A DNA stretch of 64,000 nt from the sequence record NZ_CP041047.1; one strand, written 5' to 3'. Under the pieces are notes generated by a model. It had not been told where the DNA came from. It saw only the letters and a list, made by a program, of their open reading frames with translations, and searched no databases. Position numbers and translations under genes: made by a program. This stretch comes from a plasmid. Positions 22,997 to 33,409 of the stretch are shown one piece after another (within the stretch, counting starts at the first letter, position 1; each line of letters begins with the position of its first letter).

Positions 22997-23245
22997 CCAA
23001 CGCCATTCATGGCCATATCAATGATTTTCTGGTGCGTACCGGGTTGAGAAGCGGTGTAAGTGAACTGCAGTTGCCATGTTTTACGGCAGTGAGAGCAGAG
23101 ATAGCGCTGATGTCCGGCGGTGCTTTTGCCGTTACGCACCACCCCGTCAGTAGCTGAACAGGAGGGACAGCTGATAGAAACAGAAGCCACTGGAGCACCT
23201 CAAAAACACCATCATACACTAAATCAGTAAGTTGGCAGCATCACC

Positions 23246-23772
23246 GGGCACTTATTCTGTTTCTTGTCGCCAAAAAAGGACATGCGATTAATACCGGAAA
23301 GGTGCTTCGCGGAGCCCCCTGGCAGATTGTGATTTTCTCCCTGGGTATGTACCTGGTGGTCTACGGGCTGCGTAATGCCGGACTGACTGACTACCTGTCA
23401 GCCGTACTTAATCAGTTTGCCAGCCAGGGGCTGTGGATGGCCACGCTGGGCACGGGCTTCCTGACCGCCTTCCTCTCCTCGATCATGAATAACATGCCAA
23501 CCGTCCTGGTGGGAGCACTGTCTATTGATGGCAGCACGGCGACCGGGGTGATTAAAGAGGCCATGATTTACGCCAATGTTATTGGCAGCGATCTGGGACC
23601 CAAAATCACCCCTATCGGCAGTCTGGCCACCCTGCTGTGGCTACATGTACTGGCGCAGAAAGATATCCGGATCTCCTGGGGATATTACTTCCGGGTCGGC
23701 ATTGTAATGACCCTGCCCGTGCTGTTTGTGACGCTTGTTGCCCTGGTATTACGTTTATCCGTTTCGTTGTGA
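23246..23772 (+). pseudogene. arsB: arsB 3' fragment (arsenite efflux pump C-terminus), truncated by IS1
   Basis: The translation matches the ArsB C-terminus (...[27 protein letters not shown]...LRLSVSL*) and begins directly at the IS1 boundary. Confidence 0.85.
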
Positions 23773-23829
23773 TTAACCTGGCTCCGGTCGTCACGGACCT
23801 GTGCCCGTCAAACCTGAAGAGAGTGATTT

Positions 23830-24258
23830 ATGAGCGCAATTACGATTTATCATAACCCGGCCTGCGGTACGTCCCGTAATACCCTCGAGCTGATCCGCAA
23901 CAGTGGTGTGGAACCCACGGTCATTTTATACCTTGAGACACCGCCAGCGCGTGCTGAGCTGGTCAGGCTCATCGCTGATATGGGGATCAGCGTGCGTGCC
24001 CTGCTGCGAAAAAATGTGGAGCCTTATGAGCAACTGGGCCTGGCAGAGGATAAATGGAGTGACGATGAGCTGATTGATTTTATGCTGCAGCATCCCATCC
24101 TGATCAATCGTCCTGTTGTGGTCACACCTGTGGGTACCCGGCTGTGCCGTCCGTCTGAAGTGGTGCTGGATATTCTGCCGGATGCACAAAAGGGAGCGTT
24201 CAGCAAAGAGGACGGCGAACAGGTGATTGATGCCCAGGGGCAGCGTGTCGCGAAGTAA
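23830..24258 (+). CDS. arsC: Arsenate reductase ArsC (glutaredoxin-coupled type)
   Basis: 141 aa with the sequence MSAITIYHNPACGTSRNTLE, the classic R773-type ArsC. Confidence 0.9.
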   Translation: MSAITIYHNPACGTSRNTLELIRNSGVEPTVILYLETPPARAELVRLIADMGISVRALLRKNVEPYEQLGLAEDKWSDDELIDFMLQHPILINRPVVVTPVGTRLCRPSEVVLDILPDAQKGAFSKEDGEQVIDAQGQRVAK

Positions 24259-24330
24259 TCCCAGCGGTCGGGCTGTCAGCACCTGAGCGGCCCGATCATA
24301 CCTTTCCGGCCTGACATAAGGTAAGCCGCG

Positions 24331-24825
24331 ATGATGAGTAAAACATACAATGTCCTGTTCCTGTGTTCCGGGAATTCGGCACGAAGCCTGTTTGCTGAAG
24401 TGCTGATGAACCAGCTCGGCGGGGGAAAATTCCGGGCATTCAGCGCCGGTACTCAACCGGCAAGTTCACCTCACCCGCTGACGCTCAGGGTGCTTAACGA
24501 TCAGGGATTCAGTACTGAATTCCTGAAAAGCAAACATCTGCAAAACTTTCAGCATCCGGATGCTCCGCAAATGGATTTCATTTTTACGCTGTGTGACAAG
24601 ATGGCGGGAGAAGGATGTCCGGTGTTCCCGGGCGGCCCCATAACAGCTCACTGGGGGTTCCGGGATCCAGCTTCAGCAGAGGGTACCGATAAGGAGAAGT
24701 ACCACGCCTTTGTGGAGGTTGAAAAACAGATAGCCACGCGCATCCGGCTGTTTCTGAGCCTTCCCCTGGATAAAATCGACCGGATTTCATTACAGCATCA
24801 GCTGCAGGCAATGGGACATACCTGA
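24331..24825 (+). CDS. LMW-PTP-family arsenate reductase (thioredoxin-coupled ArsC type)
   Basis: CX5R P-loop motif LCSGNSARS at the N-terminus, in an ars context. Confidence 0.75.
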   Translation: MMSKTYNVLFLCSGNSARSLFAEVLMNQLGGGKFRAFSAGTQPASSPHPLTLRVLNDQGFSTEFLKSKHLQNFQHPDAPQMDFIFTLCDKMAGEGCPVFPGGPITAHWGFRDPASAEGTDKEKYHAFVEVEKQIATRIRLFLSLPLDKIDRISLQHQLQAMGHT

Positions 24826-24963
24826 TCTGACGAACAATAAACCGTAACCGATCGGTCTCCCTTCCTTACAAACCCTGACTGCGCCCTGAAAACGTTATCC
24901 CGGCTGATACAAACAGCACGGATAAGGTAACGGCATAACGTCGAAGATTAATAAACCATTAGC

Positions 24964-25476
24964 ATGGAGCCTTTATTGATGTTTCACCCGTTTGATATTC
25001 TCACCCTGGACAATGGCGCCAGGCTGATATTTACCCCCTGTCCGGGAACCAGAGGGGTGCCACTTGCTAATTCATTGAAATCATTAAAAGAAGCCGGGGC
25101 ACAGGCTGTTATCACCATGATGACGCTGGCTGAACTCAGTGAAAATAAGGCTGATGCCCTCCCGTCACTGTGCGCTGACTTTTATATGGACTGGTTTCAC
25201 CTCCCCGTAGAAGACAGCTGTGCACCTGAAGCCCCATTTGAACAGGCATTTGCCCGGGAAAAAACGAATCTGCTGGCGATCGTCAGGTCTGGCGGAACGA
25301 TGGTTATCCATTGTCATGGAGGTTCTGGCCGGACAGGGATGATGGCCGCTATCCTGATGCTCGAGTCAGGGTATCTGCCTGCTCAGGTGAAAAAACAGGT
25401 CCAGCTAATCAGGCCAAAATCACTGACTTCTCCGGTGCAGGTCAGTTATCTTAACAGGCGATACGGCTACCAGTAA
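24964..25476 (+). CDS. Dual-specificity / tyrosine phosphatase family protein
   Basis: HCxxGxxR signature (HCHGGSGRTG). Confidence 0.7.
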   Translation: MEPLLMFHPFDILTLDNGARLIFTPCPGTRGVPLANSLKSLKEAGAQAVITMMTLAELSENKADALPSLCADFYMDWFHLPVEDSCAPEAPFEQAFAREKTNLLAIVRSGGTMVIHCHGGSGRTGMMAAILMLESGYLPAQVKKQVQLIRPKSLTSPVQVSYLNRRYGYQ

Positions 25477-25753
25477 CAACGGCATAATGGTCAGACTGCC
25501 CTGCCAGTCGAAACGTATCCATCAGGGGCAAACCTGTCCCCTGATGGTCCGGGGGCGTGATATGTGTCTTTCAAATGCCCGGCAAGCCGGACACTGCACT
25601 TTGTTCCGGCGTCAAGATCACAGGCGATATACCAGTGACCCCTCTCTTTTCCTGCTTTACATTTCTATGTTTCCAGAAATATGATTTACAGTAATGGTTG
25701 TTTGTATTACCCTTGCTTAATATTCGATACATCCGGAAATACAGGAGGGTTAT

Positions 25754-26767
25754 ATGTCCGCAGAACTGCAGGATGTCGCCGGCATGTTTGCCTTACTCGC
25801 CGTCGAACTGTCGGCTTTATTTTTACTCATCAGTTTACTCGTTGGTGTACTGCAAAGGCATGTTCCGCCGGCACGTATCGAGGCATTACTCAGTGCTGGC
25901 CGCTTCAGAAGCTATTTTCTGGCGGCGGGCCTGGGGGCTATCACGCCGTTTTGCAGTTGCTCAACCATTCCTGTGCTGAAGGGACTCATCCGCGCGCGCG
26001 CCGGATTTGGCCCTATGATGGTCTTTCTCTTTGCATCTCCTCTACTGAACCCGGTCATTATTGCCCTGATGGCCGCGACATTTGGGTTAAGCCTGACGCT
26101 GATTTATGCCGGCGCCGCGCTTCTGGTATCACTAATTGCGGGATGGTTACTGCAGATTCTGGGTTTTGATAAATACATACGCAGCGGGGTACATGAGGGG
26201 AGGGCTTCCAGCCAGACAATTAAACGCGGCAGTACTGTGAGCAGTAAAAGTCCCTGCTGTGGCGAACACCTGTCCGGAAACCACTCCCGTCAGGCTGACA
26301 TGACGAGAGCTGTACCGGAAAATTGTTGTAAACCGCAATCTGACGTTAATGCCTTACCCCGCCGTTACAGAGGCTTATGGCGTGATACCTGGGCTGACTT
26401 CAGAGGTGTTTTCCCCTACCTGATCGCCGGGATAGCTATCGGAAGTATAATTTATGGTTACCTGCCCACGACGTTACTTGAACAGTATGCCGGACCGGCA
26501 AATCCTTTTGCCATTCCTGCTGCGGCGATTATTGGTGTGCCCCTTTATATCCGGGCTGAAGCGGTTATTCCTCTGGCGGCTGCATTACTGGCCAAAGGGG
26601 TGGGGGCCGGAACGGTTCTGGCCCTTATCATCGGCAGTGCAGGTGCCAGCCTGACGGAACTGATCCTGTTGCGCGCCCTTTTCAGGTTCAGGCTGCTGGC
26701 AGCATTCGTGCTGGTCATTATTTCGATGGCGATAATGGCTGGCTACACAGCTTATCTCTTTTTCTGA
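25754..26767 (+). CDS. arsP: ArsP-type permease (putative organoarsenical efflux)
   Basis: Polytopic membrane protein carrying a TPFCSCSTIP motif of the kind described for ArsP, located in an ars cluster. Confidence 0.65.
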   Translation: MSAELQDVAGMFALLAVELSALFLLISLLVGVLQRHVPPARIEALLSAGRFRSYFLAAGLGAITPFCSCSTIPVLKGLIRARAGFGPMMVFLFASPLLNPVIIALMAATFGLSLTLIYAGAALLVSLIAGWLLQILGFDKYIRSGVHEGRASSQTIKRGSTVSSKSPCCGEHLSGNHSRQADMTRAVPENCCKPQSDVNALPRRYRGLWRDTWADFRGVFPYLIAGIAIGSIIYGYLPTTLLEQYAGPANPFAIPAAAIIGVPLYIRAEAVIPLAAALLAKGVGAGTVLALIIGSAGASLTELILLRALFRFRLLAAFVLVIISMAIMAGYTAYLFF

Positions 26768-26869
26768 ACAGCCCGTAAATGCGCCCCTGGACATTACTGC
26801 TGTCAGATTTACAGGATTGCTATATTTTAAAATTCCATTATTCTGGAAATACAGATTTAAGGAGGTGTT

Positions 26870-27193
26870 ATGGATATTGTTAAGGCGGCAGATGCACTGA
26901 AGGAGCTGGGTCATCCGACCCGGCTCGGCATCTTCAAGGAACTGGTTAAATTTGGATATACAGGCTTGCCTGTCGGGGAGTTACAAAAGCGTCTCGATAT
27001 CCCGGCGTCGACGCTAAGCCATCACCTGTCTGCCCTGTTGTCTGTGGGGCTTATACGCCAGGAAAGGCAGGGGCGCACTCTGTACTGCCAGCCACAGTAT
27101 GAACAACTGAGCCAGATTGTCGGATTTTTGCTGGATGAGTGTTGCATGGGCAGCGCAGCCAGTGTTTCAACAGTTACATCAACCCGTGAGTAA
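26870..27193 (+). CDS. arsR: ArsR-family metalloregulator (atypical, with a C-terminal Cys cluster)
   Basis: wHTH core ([16 protein letters not shown]) with the Cys pair ECC near the C-terminus rather than in the classical alpha-3 position. Confidence 0.8.
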   Translation: MDIVKAADALKELGHPTRLGIFKELVKFGYTGLPVGELQKRLDIPASTLSHHLSALLSVGLIRQERQGRTLYCQPQYEQLSQIVGFLLDECCMGSAASVSTVTSTRE

Positions 27194-27201
27194 AGTCTGC
27201 A

Positions 27202-27924
27202 ATGAACAAATTGAATGACAGCCTGCCAAATATCATCCCTCACATTTTCAGCGTGCCGGATTTCACTGATAACCCTGTATCTGAAACCCCAGTGCATGCA
27301 CCGCGTATTTTGATGCTGTATGGATCTGTACGTGAACGTTCTTACAGCCGCCTGGCGACGGAGGAAGGCGCACGCCTGCTCACCGCCATGGGGGCTGAAG
27401 TCCGTATTTTTAATCCGTCAGGGCTTCCCCTGCCAGATGATGCTCCGGATACCCACCCGAAAGTTGCCGAGCTCCGTGAACTGGTGCGATGGTCGGAAGG
27501 GATGGTGTGGTGTTCCCCTGAACGTCATGGGGCAATGACCGGGATTATGAAAGCACAGATAGACTGGATCCCACTGAGCGAAGGAGCTGTACGCCCTTCC
27601 CAGGGGAAAACGCTGGCGGTGATGCAGGTCAGCGGTGGCTCCCAGTCTTTTAATGCGGTAAACCAGATGCGTATTCTTGGCCGCTGGATGCGAATGATCA
27701 CCATCCCGAATCAGTCATCAGTCGCCAAAGCCTGGCAGGAATTTGATGAAGAAGGCAGGATGAAGCCCTCAGCCTATTACGACAGGATCGTGGATGTGAT
27801 GGAAGAGCTGATGAAGTTTACGTTGCTTACCCGGGGAAGAACGGCCTGCCTGGTTGACCGCTACAGTGAACGTAAGGAAAGTGCAGAGGCACTTTCTGCG
27901 AGAGTTAATCAGCGCAGTATATAG
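27202..27924 (+). CDS. arsH: ArsH (NADPH-dependent FMN reductase, organoarsenical oxidase)
   Basis: ArsH signature region ([16 protein letters not shown]...). Confidence 0.9.
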   Translation: MNKLNDSLPNIIPHIFSVPDFTDNPVSETPVHAPRILMLYGSVRERSYSRLATEEGARLLTAMGAEVRIFNPSGLPLPDDAPDTHPKVAELRELVRWSEGMVWCSPERHGAMTGIMKAQIDWIPLSEGAVRPSQGKTLAVMQVSGGSQSFNAVNQMRILGRWMRMITIPNQSSVAKAWQEFDEEGRMKPSAYYDRIVDVMEELMKFTLLTRGRTACLVDRYSERKESAEALSARVNQRSI

Positions 27925-28161
27925 TATGTCAGGGTACCTGCGGTGTCAGCGTTAGGGGCTCACAGAGGAGGGGTTCCGTAAACCCACCTCTGTTTGAGTA
28001 GCTGAATGTCTGCCCAGGTAAATGTCGCGGACTGTAATTGTCTTTAGCCGGATTACCGGCATTGCCTCCAAAGCCCTTCACCGGCACAGTTGTTCTCAGG
28101 GTACACCATTAATTATGTGCTTGATTATGCCTGGAGGTTAGTTTTGCCTGGTACCTGAGAA

Positions 28162-28551
28162 TCATATAAGACACGCTATCAGATAAAAACCCGCCGCGGT
28201 CATCAGCAGCGATCCCATCACGTGCACCAGTACGGAGGTGAAAGCCCACGTGTAATTTCCTGCCTGCAATAAGGTGAAAACCTCGACAGAAAATGTTGAA
28301 AAGGTAGTCAGCCCCCCACACAGACCGGTGACGATCAGCAGTTTCCAGGCCGGATCTACGTGAGGATGACGAATGAAATATGCCATTGCGCCACCAATGA
28401 TAAATGCTCCCAGCAAATTCACTACCAGGGTTCCGGGTGGAAGAGACGGGAAGAAACTGTTGAATTTCATCCCAAAAAACCAGCGGATAATACATCCCAC
28501 GGCCCCACCAATCATAATTGCTGCCAGCTGACTCAATGCTGCGTTCCCCAC
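28162..28551 (-). CDS. crcB: Fluoride channel CrcB/Fluc
   Basis: Aligns to E. coli CrcB (GGLTTFSTFS motif). The likely start is the TTG at 28536, giving MSQLAAIMIGG against E. coli MLQLLLAVFIGG. Confidence 0.9.
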   Translation of the reverse strand: MGNAALSQLAAIMIGGAVGCIIRWFFGMKFNSFFPSLPPGTLVVNLLGAFIIGGAMAYFIRHPHVDPAWKLLIVTGLCGGLTTFSTFSVEVFTLLQAGNYTWAFTSVLVHVMGSLLMTAAGFYLIACLI

Positions 28552-28619
28552 CTAAGAAGAATTAAGGCGTATACCGGACTCATCCGGTATACGCTGCTCT
28601 GATGTCCGTGATATGCCCG

Positions 28620-29909
28620 TCAGAGATGACGAACAAAGGCGTTTATACCTGCATACCGGGCTTCGTTGCCCAGCTCCTGCTCGATGCGCATAAGCTGATT
28701 GTATTTTTCAATTCGTTCTCCGCGGCAGGGTGCGCCGGTTTTAAGGTGTCCCGCACGCAGCGCCACCGTCATATCGGCGATAAACGTGTCCATGGTTTCA
28801 CCGCTGCGGTGCGAAATAAAAGCCCCCCATCCGTTTTCATGACACAGTGAAACTGCGTCAAATGTCTCGCTGAGCGTGCCTATCTGATTAAGTTTAATGA
28901 GGGCTGCGCTGGCAAGGTTTTCCTCAATGCCACGGCGGATATACTTCACATTGGTCACGAACAGGTCATCACCGACCAGTTCAGCACGCCCGCCCAGTTT
29001 GTCGTGCAGATATTTCCAGCCAGTCCAGTCATCCTCTGCGAGTCCGTCTTCAAGCAGAATTACGGGGAACTGGTTCATCAGTTCCCCGTAATAATCCGTC
29101 ATCTCTTCAGCACTCAGGGCGCTGTTTTCGGTGCGAAGATGATATTTCCCGTCACGATAAAATTCGCTGGAAGCCGGGTCCATACAGATACTGATGTCTT
29201 CCCCCGGACGGTAACCGGCTTTTTCAATGGCCTGAACGATGAATTCCAGAGGCTCTCTGTTTGATGAGACGGCAGGGGCAAATCCGCCTTCATCACCCAC
29301 CGCAGCAGAGAGATCCCTTGACACAAGGATCTGACGCAGGGCCTGATAGACTTCACTGCCCTGACGAACCGCCTCAGTGAGCGTTGATGCACCGTGCGGT
29401 GCTATCATGAACTCCTGAAAGTCAGCGCCCTGACCCCGGGCATGAACGCCACCATTAATAATATTCATGCACGGAACGGGCAGAAGACCGGCATTAAGCC
29501 CCCCAAGATAGCGGTACAGTGGCTGACGGGTGACCTGTGCAGCCAGTCTCGCTACTGCCAGCGATACACCCAGAATGGCATTGGCGCCGAGCCGGCTTTT
29601 GTTCTCCGTGCCGTCAAGCTCCCGCATAATATTATCCAGCCGCCGCTGCTCCCGCACATCGGCTCCCCTGATGGCATCACAGATTTCAGTATTGACGGCC
29701 TTAACAGCATCAAGCACCCCTTTGCCACCAAAACGCCCCGGGTCACCATCGCGGCGCTCAGTTGCCTCCCGCGAACCGGTACTGGCCCCGGAGGGCACTG
29801 ATGCACGAGCCATCAGCCCGTCAGAAGTCCAGGCATCCACCTCTACAGTGGGGTTACCGCGGGAATCAAGTATTTCGCGAGCGGTGACTTTTTCCAGTAT
29901 AAAATTCAT
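28620..29909 (-). CDS. eno: Enolase (second-copy, fluoride-associated eno)
   Basis: Full-length enolase with conserved motifs and an AGGAGA Shine-Dalgarno before the start. Confidence 0.95.
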   Translation of the reverse strand: MNFILEKVTAREILDSRGNPTVEVDAWTSDGLMARASVPSGASTGSREATERRDGDPGRFGGKGVLDAVKAVNTEICDAIRGADVREQRRLDNIMRELDGTENKSRLGANAILGVSLAVARLAAQVTRQPLYRYLGGLNAGLLPVPCMNIINGGVHARGQGADFQEFMIAPHGASTLTEAVRQGSEVYQALRQILVSRDLSAAVGDEGGFAPAVSSNREPLEFIVQAIEKAGYRPGEDISICMDPASSEFYRDGKYHLRTENSALSAEEMTDYYGELMNQFPVILLEDGLAEDDWTGWKYLHDKLGGRAELVGDDLFVTNVKYIRRGIEENLASAALIKLNQIGTLSETFDAVSLCHENGWGAFISHRSGETMDTFIADMTVALRAGHLKTGAPCRGERIEKYNQLMRIEQELGNEARYAGINAFVRHL

Positions 29910-29925
29910 GGCAATCTCCTGTAAC

Positions 29926-30351
29926 TCAGTCGTAAATGTGTTTAATCAGAACATCCACGTTCAGGTGGTTAACGTATTCAGCTGAACGTGAGGTCAGCGT
30001 GCCCATAAACCGGTTACGGTGACCTGCAATCACAAGATCCGCACCGGTATCGGTGATGCATTTCTGTATATCCTCGAAACGCCGCATGGTGACCAGCTCA
30101 CGGGCGTCAACGTGCTCAACCACCGAGGATGTCAGCTCACTGAGCAGCGCCTTCGCCTGGACAACATCCCTGGAGACGGCATCGTCCATCAGGCTGTCCG
30201 AGACATAGTTCATCTCCCGGTAGTCGTTACAGATATGGGCAAGCGTGATTTTCATCTCAAGCAGACGGGACAGAGCCGCCGCCAGTGCGAGAAGGGGAAC
30301 GCCATCCTCTTTCCCCTGAACCAGAACAAGTGCGTGAGTATAGATTTTCAT
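29926..30351 (-). CDS. Universal stress protein (UspA family)
   Basis: Usp domain. The probable start MKIYTHAL at 30351 overlaps the ppaC stop as ATGA, indicating translational coupling; the ORF-track start at 30435 is probably too early. Confidence 0.75.
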   Translation of the reverse strand: MKIYTHALVLVQGKEDGVPLLALAAALSRLLEMKITLAHICNDYREMNYVSDSLMDDAVSRDVVQAKALLSELTSSVVEHVDARELVTMRRFEDIQKCITDTGADLVIAGHRNRFMGTLTSRSAEYVNHLNVDVLIKHIYD

Positions 30352-31256
30352 GGCTGTCTCCGGCCTTGCCTGAGGAAATGTTCGAGCCAGGGCAGAAGTT
30401 GTTTCTTGCGGCTGACCATGCCCGGTAAAGAGCATGATGTGGCATTACCGCTCTCCGGTCCGGCGAAATAGAGTGTTGAAAAACACTTATTGATATCGGT
30501 TACCATCAGCACGATCAGCCCGGCTCCCGTATTTACCACCATCTGCGCCATCGTATTCCGCAGTTCCTCCAGTAAAGGAGCGACCTGATCAGGTGAGCTC
30601 ACCTCCAGTTGGGCAATACGCACATCTGTGCCTGCGAGCGAAAAAGTCTTAAGATCTTTATTCAGAATCTGACCGGCCGTCTGTCCGGTGATATCGGTTT
30701 TAGCGGCCATAAGGCCGTGAACAAAAGCTTTGTGTTTTATTCCCGACAGCACGAAAAGCTCAGCGGCTGTCCGGATATCGTCTTCCGTCGTGGTGGGAGA
30801 ACGCAGGTTTACCGTGTCGCTGAGCAGCGCACCAAGAAGCAGGATGCCGAGAGTCGGGGGCATGGTGCGGCGCATTTCTGCATCCATCAGCAACCAGAGT
30901 ACTGTTGCGCTGCTACCTGCCGGTTTTATCCAGACCTCCGGCGGCAGTAAGGTGGCCAGACCTCCCAGCCGGTGATGATCGATAATTCCGATGATATTAC
31001 TCTCAGGAAGGTCAGCAGGCCCCTGCGCCGGTTCGGTAAAATCGACCAGCCATACCCGTTCCCCTTTCAGGGGGAAATCGAGAAGGGGGGGCAGGGGGAT
31101 ACCGGCTGTTTCAAAAATATAGCGGGTTTCCGGGTTCGCTTCACCGTTCCTCCACGCACGGGAAGGACGGCCCTGTCGGGAAAGCCAGTCAGCTGTGACA
31201 GCGGCGGTACAGATGGCATCACTGTCAGGATTGAGATGACCAAAAACATTAATCAA
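30348..31256 (-). CDS. ppaC: Family II (Mn-dependent, DHH-family) inorganic pyrophosphatase PpaC
   Basis: DHH motif IGIIDHHRLGG and a C-terminus resembling B. subtilis PpaC. The likely start is the TTG at 31256 (MINVFGH, with a GGGGA Shine-Dalgarno). The ORF track extends to 31331, but that stretch is leader. Confidence 0.8.
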   Translation of the reverse strand: MINVFGHLNPDSDAICTAAVTADWLSRQGRPSRAWRNGEANPETRYIFETAGIPLPPLLDFPLKGERVWLVDFTEPAQGPADLPESNIIGIIDHHRLGGLATLLPPEVWIKPAGSSATVLWLLMDAEMRRTMPPTLGILLLGALLSDTVNLRSPTTTEDDIRTAAELFVLSGIKHKAFVHGLMAAKTDITGQTAGQILNKDLKTFSLAGTDVRIAQLEVSSPDQVAPLLEELRNTMAQMVVNTGAGLIVLMVTDINKCFSTLYFAGPESGNATSCSLPGMVSRKKQLLPWLEHFLRQGRRQP

Positions 31257-31339
31257 AGATGTATCCCCGTTAAGGGAAGTATACAGGCCAGAAGGATTTA
31301 TGAACGGCCTGACATACCTCCTGAAATTCAAGAGTCATA

Positions 31340-31395
31340 TCAGGCGTCATCAGCCCCGGACGGGGCGGTTGGGAAAGGTGGAACGCCATCACCTT
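31340..31395 (-). ncRNA. Fluoride riboswitch (crcB motif) aptamer
   Basis: The minus strand reads AAGGUGAUGGCGUUCCACCUUUCCCAACCGCCCCGUCCGGGGCUGAUGACGCCUGA. It has P1 GGUG/CACC with a GAUGGCGUU loop, the conserved AACCGCC, a P3 hairpin CCCGUCCGGGG and CUGAUGACGCC for the pseudoknot, matching the published fluoride riboswitch architecture. Confidence 0.7.
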
Positions 31396-31401
31396 GACAA
31401 T

Positions 31402-31430
31402 AGTATAAGTCAGAAAAAAGAACCTGTCAG
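31402..31430 (-). promoter_or_regulatory. Sigma70-like promoter (CTGACA-17 bp-TATACT) driving the riboswitch operon
   Basis: On the minus strand the -35 is at 31425-31430 and the -10 at 31402-31407. The predicted transcription start coincides with the aptamer 5' end. Confidence 0.45.
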
Positions 31431-31548
31431 CCAGCTTTTTTCCTTACAGCGAGCCGCTAATGAAACGTAAAATGTAAGGCATTAAAATGATTTTATGCAC
31501 TGTGAAGCCCTTGACTCAGGTAACCCTAGGCTCTGAACTAACTGTTAA

Positions 31549-31744
31549 TCATGGGCTCCGTTTGGGAAAGTGAAAATATTGTACGTAAGGCGGTTTTTTA
31601 TATTGCAGTGGCCCGATCAAAGACCGACCGGACCGAGTGCTAACTGTCTCCGAAGATAATTTTTTCGAGATTCTGTAAGTCCTGCTGTGATTGCTCATTG
31701 AGATGGACCTCTGCCTTGTCGTACCGGGCACCAACCAGGCACTT
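31549..31744 (-). pseudogene. 3' fragment of a ModE-like wHTH gene, homologous to the 3' end of 45868-46239
   Basis: About 120 bp of nucleotide homology to 45835-45960, including the stop context. It is fused in a different frame to a CoADR fragment. Confidence 0.5.
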
Positions 31745-32517
31745 CTGGCTAATTGCGTATCTGGTTTTACACCAATAGCCAGCAACACCATCCCCGTCGC
31801 CAACACCTCGCCCGTATTCAAACTGAGCTGTAAAAGCTGGGTATCACCCACCTGCGTAATCGCTCCCATACCCGATTGCAAACGCAAATTGACGCCCTTC
31901 TGCCGGAGCACCTGGTGTAATACGGCAATCATCTCGGCATCAAGTGGGGTCATCACTTTGGCACCCAACACCAACAATGTCACCCTGAGCCCCAGATTGA
32001 CCAGTGCCTCCACCATTTTCAACCCGATACCCCCAGACGACCGTGGCATGTGTTAGCCGATGTTAGTGGATATGCGCCAGAATGTTATTCATATCCGGCA
32101 GCATACGCAGAGTAAAGACACCAGGGAAGTCAACGCCCTCCAGGGGAGGACGAATTGCATTTCGCTGAGCAGGAGTTTTTCATAGCTCTCGTGGCAAACC
32201 TCCCCCGTCTGCTCATTCCTGATGTGGACCACTTTCTTGTTAGCCTCGATCTGCAACACCTGATGCTCAATACGGACATCAATGTTGAAACGTTAAATAA
32301 AATCCTGCGGTGCTTTCAAAAGCAATTGCTGGCGTTCGGGGATCTCGCCTCCGATGTGATAAGGCAGACCACAGATGGCCAAAGATACATAGGCACCACG
32401 CTCTAACAGAATAATCTCGAGCGTTTCCGATAAACGCCGGGCCCTCACTGTAGCCGAAGCTCCCCCAGCCACACCACCGACAATCACTAACATGATTTTA
32501 CTCATGATCAACACCAT
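31745..32517 (-). pseudogene. CoA-disulfide reductase (CoADR-type) remnant, frameshifted and truncated
   Basis: The N-terminus KIMLVIVGGVAGGASATVRARRL...GLPYHIGGEIP (32293-32517) and a middle segment (31745-32049) both match the intact paralogue at 38810, but the C-terminal half and rhodanese domain are absent. Confidence 0.65.
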
Positions 32518-32548
32518 TCCATTTCAGCCAACTATAACCCCTGCTTGG

Positions 32549-33409
32549 TTACAGATGATTTAAAGGGATTTTTAAATAACAGACGCCATTATCTTCCGCT
32601 GACGGGAATTCACCGGCCCGGATATTGATCTGAATCGACGGTAACAGAAGTGCCGGGGTGGCCAGAGTTTTATCCCGCGCCTGCCGAAGCGCCACAAAGG
32701 CGGCCAGATCGTTCCCATCATGGAAATGAATATTGGTCTCCCGCTGTTCGGCTACGCTGCTCTGCCATTGGGGCTCCCTGTCTGCAGGGGGATAGTCATG
32801 GCACACATATAAACGGGTCTGTGCCGGAAAACTGAGGATCTTACGGATGGAATGATAAAGCTGCTGCGCATCCCCACCCGGGAAATCACAACGCGCGGTG
32901 CCCACATCAGGCATAAAAAGGGTATCGCCAAGGAAAATCGCATCAGCAATCTGGAAAGCCATATCTGCTGGCGTATGGCCAGGAACCTGCAACGCCTGCA
33001 CTGTCAAGCCCCCCAGTTAAAAGGTTTCACCGTCAGTCAGCAGATGGTCAAACTGTGATCCATCCAGTGCAAAGGTGTGCTCAAGGTTAAAAATGGGCTT
33101 GAATATCCGCTGAACTTCGACAATTTTTTCGCTGATGGCGATGTTGCCGCCGACCCTCTCGCGCAAATAATGGGCTGCCGAAAGATGATCGGCATGGGCG
33201 TGAGTTTCCAGTAACCAATTGACGGTCAGTTGCTGCTTTTTCACGAAATCTATCAGCCGATCGGCGGAGGTTGTCTGAGTCCGGCCGGATTTCGGATCAT
33301 AGTCCAGAACCGGATCAATAATGGCCGCAATCCCCCCAGTTCTATCGGCCAGCACGTAGCTGACAGTACTGGTAGCCGGATCGTAAAAACCCTCGATAAG
33401 TGGTGTCAT
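32549..33409 (-). pseudogene. MBL-fold metallo-hydrolase (persulfide dioxygenase-like) with an in-frame TAA stop
   Basis: The N-terminal half (33017-33409) has HxHxDH (ETHAHADH), and the C-terminal half (32549-33007) continues in the same frame after a TAA at 33008-33010. Confidence 0.65.

Noticed and set aside
25487-26169. ORFs overlapping the start of arsP (25681-26169, 25698-25979).
   Set aside because: They are alternative frames of the arsP region. The ArsP frame has the membrane topology and the conserved motif.
29394-29985. Plus-strand ORFs within eno (29394-29801, 29530-29985).
   Set aside because: They are antisense to a highly conserved enolase gene.
33008-33010. Selenocysteine recoding at the in-frame stop in the MBL-fold gene.
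   Set aside because: The stop is TAA, not TGA, and no SECIS-like hairpin follows. Pseudogenisation or a sequencing error is more likely.
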